Below, one piece after another: positions 1 to 8,774 of a DNA stretch of 32,077 nt. Origin of the DNA: Candidatus Woesearchaeota archaeon (GTDB lineage Archaea; Nanobdellota; Nanobdellia; Woesearchaeales; JAZDFJ01); the NCBI GenBank assembly GCA_043807995.1, contig JAZDFJ010000058.1, forward strand, positions 1 to 32,077. The letters are read 5' to 3'. How positions within the stretch are numbered: position 1 is the first letter of the stretch; each line of letters opens with the position of its first letter. The notes beneath the pieces were generated by a model that did no database searches, was not told the DNA's origin, and saw only the letters and a program-made list of their open reading frames with translations. The position numbers and the translations under genes were made by a program.

Positions 1-1
1 G

Positions 2-2029
2 GCATTAAAGGTCTTCGGCCTAAATCCGAAAGTTATGAGGCCTGAATGGATGGTCTTGACTATCTTCCCGATTCCGCCTGTCACAATGAGGCCTTCTATC
101 ACTCTGGATACAGGAGAGAGAAGCGAGGATGACCTTACGCACAAGCTTGGCGACATTATCAGGATTAACCAGAGGCTGTTTGAGAACATTAATGCAGGCG
201 CCCCTGAAATAATCATTGAGGACCTGTGGGATCTGCTCCAGTATCATGTTACAACATACTTCAACAATGAGGTTTCCCAGCTGCCGCCTGCAAGGCACAA
301 GAGCGGACAGCCGCTGAAGACATTAACAGCAAGAATAAAAAGCAAAGAGGGAAGGATAAGATACAATCTTGTCGGTAAAAGGACTAATTTCTCTGCAAGA
401 TGCGTCATAAGCTCTGACCCGCGCCTGAAGATCAATGAAGTAGGCATTCCTCTGGTCATTGCAAAAAAGCTTACAGTGCCTGAGATGGTCACTTCCTGGA
501 ATAAAAATTACCTTCTTGATTTTGTGAAAAAAGGAGGCGATGGCTATCCTGGGGCAAACTATATTATAAGGCCTGACGGCAAAAGAAAGAAGATAAGCGA
601 TGATACCAAAGAGCAGCTGCTTGAAGAGATACAGCCGGGCTTTATTGTCGAAAGGCACCTTATGGACGGAGACATTGCACTGTTCAACAGGCAGCCAAGC
701 CTGCACAGGATGAGCATGATGTGCCACAAAGTCAAGGTTCTTCCAGGGCTTACATTAAGGCTTAACCCGTCTGTCGCGACCCCTTACAATGCAGACTTTG
801 ACGGAGACGAGATGAACCTTCATATTCCGCAGACAGAAGAGGCAAGGGCAGAGGCAGAGATCCTCATGGAGGTCCAGACTCAGATTATAAGTCCAAGATA
901 CGGATTGAGCATAATCGCCTGCATCCAGGATTCGCTTTCAGGGAATTTCATACTCACAAGCGAAGGATTCAAGATTCCGAGAAAAGATGCAGTTGACCTT
1001 CTTGGATCGATAGGCATTACTGATTTTTCAAAAATACCGAAAAGAGAGATGGTGACAGGCAAGGAGATATTCTCTGTTTTGCTGCCTAAAGATTTTAACT
1101 TCTCGGGCAAATCAAAGATGTATTCCCAGGATCCGGAGCACCGCGACTCTGTTATCGAGATAAAGAACGGAATGCTTGTCAAGGGAGTGATGGACAGCAA
1201 AAACCTCGGAGAGGGATCAGGCCTGCTGCTTAGAAACCTGCATCACCAGTATGGCCCGAAGATGATAGTTGACTTTTTAGGAAAGATAAATGACCTTGGA
1301 ATTGCAGTGCTGACCAGGCACGGCTTTACAATGGGGCTTTCAGAGATAGATCTTGACAAGGAAACCGCCGACAAGGTGGAAAAGGAGATTGATCAGGCTT
1401 ATATTGAATCAAAAGAGCTTATTGATCTCTACAGCAAAGGAAAGCTTGAGGCATTTCCGGGAAGAACTGTCAAGGAAACCCTTGAGTTCAGGCTTCTCGA
1501 GCTGCTCGACAGGGTAAGGAATGAGTCTGGAAAGATTGTCGGGGAAAATATCAACCAGGAAAGCAACACAATGCAGATGGTCAAGTCAGGTGCAAGAGGC
1601 AACATAATTAACCTCGCCCAGATGGGAGCCTGTGTCGGACAGCAGGCATTGAGAGGCAACAGGATTGACAAGGGCTTTGCAGGAAGATCACTTTCAATGT
1701 TCAAAAGAAACGACCTGGGCATAGATGCGCACGGCTTCATAAGGCACGGCTTCAAGCACGGGCTGACGCCTGCCCAGCTGTTTTTCATGGCCATGACAGG
1801 AAGGGATTCACTTATGGATACTGCCCTGAGAACTCCTAAATCAGGCTATCTTTACAGAAGGCTTGCGAATGCGCTGCAGGATCTCAAGGTTGAGTATGAT
1901 TACACTGTCAGGGACGCTGCCAAAAAGATTGTGCAGTTCCAGTACGGAGAGGACTCTATCGATGTATCGAAGAGCGAGGGCGGCGTCATTGATATCAAAA
2001 AGATTATTGATAATGTTATGAAAGAATAA
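2..2029 (+). CDS. rpoA1: DNA-directed RNA polymerase subunit A' (5' end cut by window edge)
   Basis: The frame is open from the window edge. It carries RPEWMVLT..PIPP and the catalytic NADFDGDEMNLH motif. rpoA2 follows, as in the archaeal rpo operon. Confidence 0.95.
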   Translation, partial: ALKVFGLNPKVMRPEWMVLTIFPIPPVTMRPSITLDTGERSEDDLTHKLGDIIRINQRLFENINAGAPEIIIEDLWDLLQYHVTTYFNNEVSQLPPARHKSGQPLKTLTARIKSKEGRIRYNLVGKRTNFSARCVISSDPRLKINEVGIPLVIAKKLTVPEMVTSWNKNYLLDFVKKGGDGYPGANYIIRPDGKRKKISDDTKEQLLEEIQPGFIVERHLMDGDIALFNRQPSLHRMSMMCHKVKVLPGLTLRLNPSVATPYNADFDGDEMNLHIPQTEEARAEAEILMEVQTQIISPRYGLSIIACIQDSLSGNFILTSEGFKIPRKDAVDLLGSIGITDFSKIPKREMVTGKEIFSVLLPKDFNFSGKSKMYSQDPEHRDSVIEIKNGMLVKGVMDSKNLGEGSGLLLRNLHHQYGPKMIVDFLGKINDLGIAVLTRHGFTMGLSEIDLDKETADKVEKEIDQAYIESKELIDLYSKGKLEAFPGRTVKETLEFRLLELLDRVRNESGKIVGENINQESNTMQMVKSGARGNIINLAQMGACVGQQALRGNRIDKGFAGRSLSMFKRNDLGIDAHGFIRHGFKHGLTPAQLFFMAMTGRDSLMDTALRTPKSGYLYRRLANALQDLKVEYDYTVRDAAKKIVQFQYGEDSIDVSKSEGGVIDIKKIIDNVMKE

Positions 2030-2049
2030 AAACTTGAGAAAATAAAAAA

Positions 2050-2170
2050 GGAAAACAAAAAAGAAAAACAAAAAAGAAAAACAAAAAAGAAAAACAAAAA
2101 AGAAAAACAAAAAAGAAAAACAAAAAAGAAAAACAAAAAAGAAAAACAAAAAAGAAAAACAAAAAAGAAA
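2050..2170. repeat. Tandem repeat with 13-bp unit GAAAAACAAAAAA: 8 perfect copies plus degenerate flanking copies
   Basis: G recurs exactly every 13 nt from 2063 to 2167. The repeat fills the rpoA1-rpoA2 spacer and generates spurious poly-Phe ORFs on the minus strand. Confidence 0.95.
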
Positions 2171-2237
2171 ATAACACGAGAAAATACTGATTCAAACGGA
2201 TTAAATGGCGCAAGCAAGGATTAAGGAGCATAAGCAA

Positions 2238-3383
2238 ATGGACTTCACAGACGAATTATTCAAGGAATACAAGGAAAAGCTTCCAAGCAGCATAATCGAG
2301 GGGTTAAAAGAGAACCTTCCTCAAAAAGTCACAAAGACAAAGCTAAAACAGATATTTGAGGAAGTGCTTGCAGAGTACAAGAGATCTCTTGCTGATCCTG
2401 GAGAATGCGTCGGGCTTGTGGCTGCCGAATCTATCGGAGAGCCGGGCACACAGATGACACTGAGAACAGTCCACTTTGCAGGCGTATCAGAGATGAATGT
2501 CACAACAGGCATTCCAAGGCTTATCGAAATTCTTGACGGAAGAAAAAATATCTCGACAAAGACAATGGAGATTTTCCTCAAGCAGCCGTATTCTGAAGGC
2601 AAGGATATAAAAAAGATTGCCGAGATGATAAAAGAGACAAGATTCGAGGAGTTTATCAACGAGATTTCGATAAGCAATATCGAGGGGAAGATGGAGATAA
2701 AAATCAACAAGGAAAAGCTTGCCTCTCTGAACCTGGACACGGCCGCGCTGATGAAGCAAATGACAAAGGCAGTCAAAGGATTTAATTCAAAGTCGCACGA
2801 AAACATAATCACTATTGAAACAGGCGGAAAAGAAGAGAGCCTCAACAGCCTTTACAGGCTCAAGGAGTCGATAAAAAAGGCCTACATCTGCGGCATCAAG
2901 GGGATAACCCAGGTCCTGCCTGTAAAGAGGAAAAAAGAGTTCATTATCGTGACAGCAGGCTCAAACATGAAAGCCATTATGAAGCTCGACTTCGTCGATA
3001 AAAGAAGGACAGTGACCAATGACATCTACGAGATGCAGGATGTTTTCGGCATTGAGGCTGCAAGAAATACAATAATCAGAGAGGTGCAGAGAGTCATGGA
3101 CAAGCAGGGCTTGGATGTTGATGTCAGGCATATCATGCTTGTTGCAGATGCAATGACCATGTCGGGAAGCATGATGGGCATTACAAGATACGGCATTGTA
3201 AAGGAAAAGCCAAGCGTTCTTGCAAGGGCTTCGTTTGAAACCCCGCTAAAGCACTTCACCAATTCTGCGCTTACAGGCGAGATTGACCCGCTGAACAGCG
3301 TGATAGAAAACATCATGCTCAACCAGCCAGTTCCTGTCGGCACAGGCCTTCCGGGATTAGTCACGAAGATGAAAAAAGGCTGA
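2238..3383 (+). CDS. rpoA2: DNA-directed RNA polymerase subunit A''
   Basis: Contains [30 protein letters not shown] and a conserved C-terminal region. AAGGAG lies 9 nt upstream of ATG 2238. The longer ORF from ATG 2205 lacks a Shine-Dalgarno (SD) site, so the start is uncertain by 11 codons. Confidence 0.93.
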   Translation: MDFTDELFKEYKEKLPSSIIEGLKENLPQKVTKTKLKQIFEEVLAEYKRSLADPGECVGLVAAESIGEPGTQMTLRTVHFAGVSEMNVTTGIPRLIEILDGRKNISTKTMEIFLKQPYSEGKDIKKIAEMIKETRFEEFINEISISNIEGKMEIKINKEKLASLNLDTAALMKQMTKAVKGFNSKSHENIITIETGGKEESLNSLYRLKESIKKAYICGIKGITQVLPVKRKKEFIIVTAGSNMKAIMKLDFVDKRRTVTNDIYEMQDVFGIEAARNTIIREVQRVMDKQGLDVDVRHIMLVADAMTMSGSMMGITRYGIVKEKPSVLARASFETPLKHFTNSALTGEIDPLNSVIENIMLNQPVPVGTGLPGLVTKMKKG

Positions 3384-3594
3384 GCCGAGCCTGGATTTTC
3401 TGGTGTTGGAAAGATTCTCGCATAAGATGTGCTTTTATGTGAAGTTTCCCTGATAATTTCTCATCCCAAAAAATGCAGCGAATTTCTGTTATCAATGCTA
3501 TTGTGCTGACCCAATGCAGAACAGCACAAAAAGCTGGACAAATACACAAACAGCACTATCATGCTATTCCTAGCGAAATTTAATGCTAACCTTT

Positions 3595-3622
3595 ATTCAA
3601 ACCCGCCCACAAAAAACATTAA
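3595..3622 (+). repeat. Copy 1 of a perfect 28-nt direct repeat ATTCAAACCCGCCCACAAAAAACATTAA, followed by TTCTGTAAATG
   Basis: Identical 28-mer recurs 155 nt downstream at 3750-3777. Confidence 0.9.
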
Positions 3623-3749
3623 TTCTGTAAATGTAAGACGCACCTTTACCAATGCAATCGTAGTATTCCTCTGGAATACCACAAAGAGCGGATATTCTTC
3701 CAGTTGTGGAATCAAGCAAACAAAGTGAGCGCATGTTGCAGTTGGAAAG

Positions 3750-3788
3750 ATTCAAACCCGCCCACAAAAAACATTAACTTTTTAAATG
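3750..3788 (+). promoter_or_regulatory. Copy 2 of the 28-nt repeat plus a TATA-like TTTTAAAT; probable rpl30e promoter
   Basis: The TATA-like box at 3780-3787 lies about 40 nt upstream of ATG 3823. GGTGA SD at 3814-3818. Confidence 0.5.
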
Positions 3789-3822
3789 AACATATTCTTC
3801 TTTCTGTTATTCCGGTGAAAAT

Positions 3823-4083
3823 ATGGGATTCGAAGAGATAAAAGCATTGCTGAAGGACAAGAGGCTTGTTTATGGAACAGACAGGGTTGTCAAGCTGCTG
3901 AGAAACGGAAAGGTTGACAAGCTGTTTATGGCGAGCAATGTGGCCCCAGATGTAAAGGATTCTCTTGAGCATTATGCTAAGCTTTCAGATACAAAGACAG
4001 AAATGCTTGGATTCCCAAATGACGAGCTCGGGACTATGTGCAAAAAGCCTTTCTCAGTCTCGGTGATAGGCATACAGAAATAA
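3823..4083 (+). CDS. rpl30e: 50S ribosomal protein L30e
   Basis: 86 aa with an L30e-like ELGTMCKKPFSVSVIGI segment. It occupies the canonical position between rpoA2 and nusA. Confidence 0.85.
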   Translation: MGFEEIKALLKDKRLVYGTDRVVKLLRNGKVDKLFMASNVAPDVKDSLEHYAKLSDTKTEMLGFPNDELGTMCKKPFSVSVIGIQK

Positions 4084-4103
4084 AATCTTTTAGGGTTTCT
4101 TAA

Positions 4104-4520
4104 ATGACGCGAATAAAAATTGATGCTGAGCAGATGCAGACGATTGCATTATTTGAGAAAATAACCCGCGCAAGAGTCAAGGACATGTATGAATTCAGGG
4201 AAAGGCTCCTGTTTGTCGTCGAGTACGGAGACATAAGAAAGGCGCTTGGAAAAGACAAGTTCAATGTGGAGAAAATAGAGCACCTGCTGAACAGGAAGAT
4301 AAAGATAGTGGAGTTCAACCCTGAGCTGCTGATGTTTATAAGAAATCTTGTTGCTCCGCTGAAGATAGTCAACATAGTCGAGGAGAATGGGATTGTTACA
4401 ATAACCGGGCCTGATGCCAAGACAAAGGGCCTGATGATAGGCGCAAGAGCCCAGAACTTAAGGATGTATGAAACAATAGTCAAGAAATACTACCCCATCG
4501 AAGAGATGAGGGTTATTTAA
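4104..4520 (+). CDS. nusA: Archaeal NusA-like transcription termination/antitermination factor (two KH domains)
   Basis: 138 aa, KH-like segments, canonical position between rpl30e and rps12. Confidence 0.85.
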   Translation: MTRIKIDAEQMQTIALFEKITRARVKDMYEFRERLLFVVEYGDIRKALGKDKFNVEKIEHLLNRKIKIVEFNPELLMFIRNLVAPLKIVNIVEENGIVTITGPDAKTKGLMIGARAQNLRMYETIVKKYYPIEEMRVI

Positions 4521-4597
4521 GGGGATTTCAATGCCAAAGCATTGAATATCGCCTAATGCGTCCAATAAGCGTAACTATTGGAAGAGATGAGGGTTAT
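4500..4597 (+). repeat. 17-nt perfect direct repeat GAAGAGATGAGGGTTAT (4500-4516 and 4581-4597) bracketing a hairpin-rich 64-nt insert
   Basis: Both copies encode EEMRVI followed by a stop (TAA, then TGA). The period is exactly 81 nt. The insert contains the hairpin TTCAATGC-CAAA-GCATTGAA. Confidence 0.85.
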
Positions 4598-4648
4598 CTG
4601 ATTTTCATAGCGCAAAATATTAAAAGGGAGCAATAATCACGATATAAA

Positions 4649-5086
4649 ATGGGAAAAAAACCAAAAGGATTAGGAGCTGGCAATAAGCTGAAGGAAAGAA
4701 GGCAGACAGGCAGAAGGCAGTACAAATGGTACGCCAAGAAAGTCCTCGGCCTCAAAGTGAAGTCAGACCCTCTCGAGGGAAGCTCTCAGGCAAGAGGGAT
4801 TGTACTTGAGAAAGTTGAGAGAGAGGCAAAACAGCCAAACTCTGCAATGAGAAAGTGCGCCAGAATACAGCTTGTAAAAAACGGAAAGCAGATAACAGCA
4901 TTTCTTCCCGGAGACGGGGCAAGCAAGCTTGTTGACGAGCACGATGAAGTTGTTGTCGAGTGCATAGGCGGCAAAATGGGCCGTTCCAAAGGAGACATCC
5001 CAGGAGTCAGATGGCAGGTTATTAAAGTGAATGACCAGTCCCTTTTGGCACTGCTTTCAGGCAGGCTTGAGAAGGCAAGAAAGTAA
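4649..5086 (+). CDS. rps12: 30S ribosomal protein S12
   Basis: [30 protein letters not shown] motif; 145 aa. Confidence 0.95.
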   Translation: MGKKPKGLGAGNKLKERRQTGRRQYKWYAKKVLGLKVKSDPLEGSSQARGIVLEKVEREAKQPNSAMRKCARIQLVKNGKQITAFLPGDGASKLVDEHDEVVVECIGGKMGRSKGDIPGVRWQVIKVNDQSLLALLSGRLEKARK

Positions 5087-5160
5087 ATTATTTATTATTT
5101 TTCTATCTATTTATTCTGGTTCTATCTTGTTATTTGCTCTTTTTCTATCACTTTTATTTT

Positions 5161-5327
5161 AGGGTGCGTTTAAAATCTCCTATCCGGAGGGTTAGCACCG
5201 GCTCATGCCAAGATGTTTTTGCCGATATTGACATCTCCCGTAAGGAACACCCCCTCTGTCAATTCTATTTCATATAAAAAAAAGGCATTCACAATAATGG
5301 TGCTAACCTACATTTTAAACACACCCT
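5161..5327. mobile_element. MITE-like 167-bp element with terminal inverted repeats and a 9-bp flanking duplication
   Basis: Left end AGGGTGCGTTTAAAAT...GGTTAGCACC matches the reverse complement of right end GGTGCTAACC...ATTTTAAACACACCCT. TTTTATTTT sits immediately outside both ends (5152-5160 and 5328-5336). Confidence 0.6.
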
Positions 5328-5372
5328 TTTTATTTTACAAAACTTTTTAAATAATCAATCAAGGCTTATATC

Positions 5373-5687
5373 ATGGCAACTAATGGCAAAGCCAAACCAA
5401 AACTCGACAGCAAAGTCACTCTCGAAAAGCTCGAGAAATACTGGGCTCTTTCTGAGAAAGCCCTGAAAATGGCCATGGATGCAGTGGATTCCTCAAAGAA
5501 AAAAGAGGCAGAGGATTTTCTGAACATGACATCATGCTATCTCTCTGACTCAAAGCACTTTGCAAAGCAGGGCAATTATGTGACTGCATTCGGCGCAGTA
5601 AACTATGCCCATGCATGGCTTGACGCAGGCGCAAGAATCGGCCTGTTCAAGGTCAGGGACAGCAGCCTGTTCACTGTCGATGATTAA
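5373..5687 (+). CDS. Small conserved archaeal protein, DUF357-like
   Basis: 104 aa. The segment AFGAVNYAHAWLDAGARIGL resembles my recollection of the DUF357 signature. No search was run. Confidence 0.45.
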   Translation: MATNGKAKPKLDSKVTLEKLEKYWALSEKALKMAMDAVDSSKKKEAEDFLNMTSCYLSDSKHFAKQGNYVTAFGAVNYAHAWLDAGARIGLFKVRDSSLFTVDD

Positions 5688-5777
5688 CAGATCATCAGCA
5701 TAACAGCAAACTGCAGTGCCATACATCAGCATAAATCTGCATATGCGTGAAAAACTGAAAGATAAACCGGTGCAAAA

Positions 5778-6293
5778 ATGAAAGAGCTTTTTGAAAAATT
5801 GAATCATACAAATGAATTCAGCAACGGCATTCTTATAGATACATGCTTTTTCATATACTTGTTAGAGCATTCCAAGGAAAAGGAGCTCCTGAAATTTGCA
5901 GAGAACAACAATGTGGCGATAACATCCTTTAATGTTGATGAGTTTTTGTTCAAAGAACATTCTGTGGAAAATGACGTGCGGGAGCATGCAAGAAGATTCC
6001 TGAAAAAGAATTCTGCGCTTGTTGTTTTTGACATCAATGTTCACCCAGGAAACAAAGATCAGGAAAAATCATTTGTAAATTCTGTTGAGCCGGATCTTCT
6101 GAAGGAAATCCCGGACCCGAGCGATGCAGTGCTGATGGCTGCTGCGATACTGTCGCATTCCAGTGTCCTTACAAAGGACAAGCATCATCTTTTCACGACA
6201 AAGCTGGAGAATTACCTGAACAGGTACAGGCTGAAGGTGTTTAAGGAGCTGCACGACGTTACTGGCGGGGACGAGCAGGAGCAAGGAAGATAG
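5778..6293 (+). CDS. PIN-domain (VapC-like) ribonuclease
   Basis: Acidic PIN signature in the expected order: ILIDTCFF, NVDEFLF, DPSDAVLMAAAILSHSSVLTKDKH. GGTG SD upstream. No adjacent antitoxin-like ORF. Confidence 0.65.
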   Translation: MKELFEKLNHTNEFSNGILIDTCFFIYLLEHSKEKELLKFAENNNVAITSFNVDEFLFKEHSVENDVREHARRFLKKNSALVVFDINVHPGNKDQEKSFVNSVEPDLLKEIPDPSDAVLMAAAILSHSSVLTKDKHHLFTTKLENYLNRYRLKVFKELHDVTGGDEQEQGR

Positions 6294-6354
6294 AACCAGA
6301 CCGTGTTATGAATTCGGGTTTCACTTCTGCTAAATCCGCTTCTCTTATTTCTCG

Positions 6355-6495
6355 GCTCTGTCTGAAATCTTTGAAAGTCGCCTACTTCGCCACCCCGTAG
6401 GGGGCAACCCCCGGCTCGTCAGCGTCAGCCAGCGCATAAAAAAGATATAATCGCGCTGGCTCTGGTGACAGCTACGGCGACTTTCCGGACAGAGC
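6355..6495. mobile_element. Structured 141-bp inverted-repeat element of the GCTCTGYC family
   Basis: Outer stems GCTCTGTC/GACAGAGC and GAAAGTCGCC/GGCGACTTTC enclose the hairpins GGGGG-CAA-CCCCC and GCCAGCGC..GCGCTGGC. It abuts the cbf5 stop codon. A related element lies at 31629-31791. Confidence 0.6.
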
Positions 6496-6496
6496 T

Positions 6497-7762
6497 CTAT
6501 TTCTCCTTCTTCATCTGCATCTTGGGGTAGGTGCCTGGCTGCATAAATACCCTGCCTGACATGACTGCGATGCCACGCTTATTTTTAAGAATATTCGACG
6601 AGGATTCTTTTGCAGTGCCCACGCACACAAGCTCATTCTTGAGAGTCATCACAGCAACAAGGTCTTCAGGAGCTATTTCAGAATCAAGCTTTGATATCCC
6701 TGGAATGTTTAGGTTTGCGCCGTGGCAGAGGCTGTCGACTGTGCTGTCAAACACCCATATCTTTGGCAGGTGCTCCACGCCCTTTTCTATCGGCATTATC
6801 AGCTTTCTCAGGTATGAGTCGTCATTATTGTTTTTATAGTAATGGATTGCATCTGTGAGGTCCTGGAGCGTGCACAGTGTCGCCTCATTGAAAGGCCCTG
6901 CCTTTGTTCTTCTGAGCTGCACCATATGGGCGCCTCCTGTTTTCTGCCCGAGATCATGCACCCATTTTCTTATGTATGTGCCTGCCTGGCATCCGATGAC
7001 AAACAGCACTTCCCTGTCTTTTTCATTGAAGTCGAGGATTTTTGTGTAATACACGCTTCTCATTCTCCAGTCGCGCTTTACAGCGCTTTTTACAGGCGGA
7101 AGCTGTCTTATCTTTCCTGTCATCTCAGAGAACAGAGCATCGAGGTTTTCCTTGCTTATGTCGCTGTGAAGCTTCATAAGGCAGACATATTCCTTGCCTG
7201 CTGTCAGCAGCTCCTGGGCGATTCTCGTCGCTCCTTCGAGAGCAACAGGCAGCACTCCTGTCACTTTAGGGTCGAGAGTGCCTGAATGGCCGGCCTTGTT
7301 CAGATTGAGTATCTTTCTTACATATGCAGAAACCTGATGGCTTGTCGGGCCTGATGGCTTGTCAATGTTGACTATCCCGCACTGCACAAGCTTTTCTGTG
7401 CTTCTTTTCTCCGGCGAGCATCCATATTTTTCAGACGGCTCCTCTTCCTGCTTCAGAAGCACTCTCTGCACTTTTTTCTCAAATGGCAGGGCGCAGTTTT
7501 CATACTTGAAAACTTTATTGCTGAAGCCGGATAATCCTTTTTCATCTGATTTCCCGCTGTTCATTGTTTTATCTCTATCCATTGTTTTATCTCTTTTCAA
7601 TGTTTTCTCTCCGTCTATTTTATCTCTGCTTATTTCTTCTCTATCTATTTTATCTCTATCTATTTTATCTCTATCCATCTCTTCTCTGTTACCTTTCTTA
7701 AATTTACTTTTTTCTCTAATGCTTTCTTCTTCAGCATCGTTAATTTTAATTTGGTTGACCAT
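6497..7762 (-). CDS. cbf5: H/ACA RNP pseudouridine synthase Cbf5 (TruB family plus PUA) with a repetitive charged N-terminal extension
   Basis: DKPSGPTSHQV and GHSGTLDPKVTGVLPV motifs, and a C-terminal PUA-like region. The first ~65 aa are KIDRDKIDRE-type repeats. Alternative starts are at Met61 and Met67. Confidence 0.9.
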   Translation of the reverse strand: MVNQIKINDAEEESIREKSKFKKGNREEMDRDKIDRDKIDREEISRDKIDGEKTLKRDKTMDRDKTMNSGKSDEKGLSGFSNKVFKYENCALPFEKKVQRVLLKQEEEPSEKYGCSPEKRSTEKLVQCGIVNIDKPSGPTSHQVSAYVRKILNLNKAGHSGTLDPKVTGVLPVALEGATRIAQELLTAGKEYVCLMKLHSDISKENLDALFSEMTGKIRQLPPVKSAVKRDWRMRSVYYTKILDFNEKDREVLFVIGCQAGTYIRKWVHDLGQKTGGAHMVQLRRTKAGPFNEATLCTLQDLTDAIHYYKNNNDDSYLRKLIMPIEKGVEHLPKIWVFDSTVDSLCHGANLNIPGISKLDSEIAPEDLVAVMTLKNELVCVGTAKESSSNILKNKRGIAVMSGRVFMQPGTYPKMQMKKEK

Positions 7763-8774
7763 GTTTTTAACCCTGTAAACCGCATTTTTTTTGGATGTGT
7801 TTTAGTCCTGATTTCAATAAATGTTACATCGATATCAGCACAAATTCATTATTTATTTTAAAACTATTGGTTTTGCCTGGAAAAATACGCTGTTGCGAGG
7901 GAAAAACAGCAAGCCTTTTATAGAATCCTTATCATTACCCTGCTGTTACTAAATCATCGAAACCGGCTGATAACTCGGAATAATGCGTTTTCAGGCTTTG
8001 TCTCTTTCAAGTATCAAACAGGAATTTCTGTGATGCATACTATATTTCGAATCAAAATAATATATATAAACCCGTTGCTATTAAGAAATGATTAATTAGT
8101 GTTTTCAATTATGAGAGATACAATAAATAACTCAATACATAATTATCAGCTGTAAAAATCATAGTCGAGCTTTATCGAAAATATCATGCTTTGGAAACGG
8201 TGGGGTGGTTGAAATCGGGTAACCAGATTATTGCGCTCAATTTGTTTGAGTGCGGTGATCGCTATGCTTAATATTCAACACTGGTGCCGAAGCTCCTAAC
8301 CTCCAGCTTCCTCACCGTTTTCATTCCAATCATAAGCTCATGCAACAAACAGCATGACATCATCAGCTAACATATATCAAAAGCACATCAGACACACATC
8401 ACATTCACTCAATATATAATAGTGGGGGTACACAGAGGTACACTTGGTACATGCAAACAAGCAAAGGCAAACGGCCGAAAAGTGCAAAATGCCTGTTTTG
8501 GCCTTAACAATGCCTGTGCAGTGCCCAGTGTTTCATTGTTTGACACCAAAAAACAAAAATCACATCATTTCACAGTCACTTAGCCTATATTACAGCAAAT
8601 TTGAAACAAAAAAAGCAAACAAAAAGTTTGGCAATAGCATGATTATCGTGTAATATGGGTTTGCATCATACTTCAGGTTAAAGTGACACAAAAAAGGGGC
8701 GGGTGGGGTGTAAAAGCCTCATGCACTGTTGTCCAAGCGGCAACAGGGATTAAACAACACGGAGGTAGGAGAAA

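Noticed and set aside
2050-2170. Possibility that the tandem arrays (2050-2170, 11613-11703, 13878-13980) are CRISPR arrays
   Set aside because: The units are contiguous with no unique spacers. They are 13-26 nt, AT- or purine-rich and non-palindromic, and no cas genes are present.
1841-2237. Minus-strand ORFs of 73-105 aa rich in Phe/Leu/Cys (1841-2149, 1900-2217, 2016-2237)
   Set aside because: They are translations of the antisense strand of the 13-bp A-rich tandem repeat and of the rpoA1 3' end. They are low-complexity artefacts.
3595-3777. tRNA or split-tRNA T-arm resemblance of TTCAAACCCGCC in the 28-nt repeat
   Set aside because: No complementary 5' T-stem strand, acceptor stem or anticodon arm could be built on either strand.
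6355-6495. RNase P RNA suggested by GAAAGTCGCC, which resembles the CR-I GGAAAGUCC motif
   Set aside because: The motif is simply one arm of an inverted repeat. The element is only 141 nt, lacks the other conserved RNase P regions, and has a paralogous copy at 31629.
20-7285. Many 60-170-aa ORFs antisense to or overlapping rpoA1, rpoA2, nusA, rps12, cbf5 and others (for example 323-727, 2321-2845, 3026-3364, 4100-4483, 6842-7285)
   Set aside because: Each lies inside a confidently identified conserved gene on the other strand or frame and has no motif or SD site. They are typical shadow ORFs.
8194-8322. Candidate structured RNA in the 1-kb non-coding region (outer repeat GAAACGGTGGGG / CCTCACCGTTTTC with internal hairpins)
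   Set aside because: The outer stem has a mismatch and an indel, and the inner stems are 5-8 bp. This is not clearly above chance for a 32-kb window, and no second copy or known RNA signature was seen.
8444-8653. 69-aa ORF in the long spacer upstream of paralog 1
   Set aside because: It has no SD site, a lysine/asparagine-rich product typical of A-rich non-coding DNA, and no motif.
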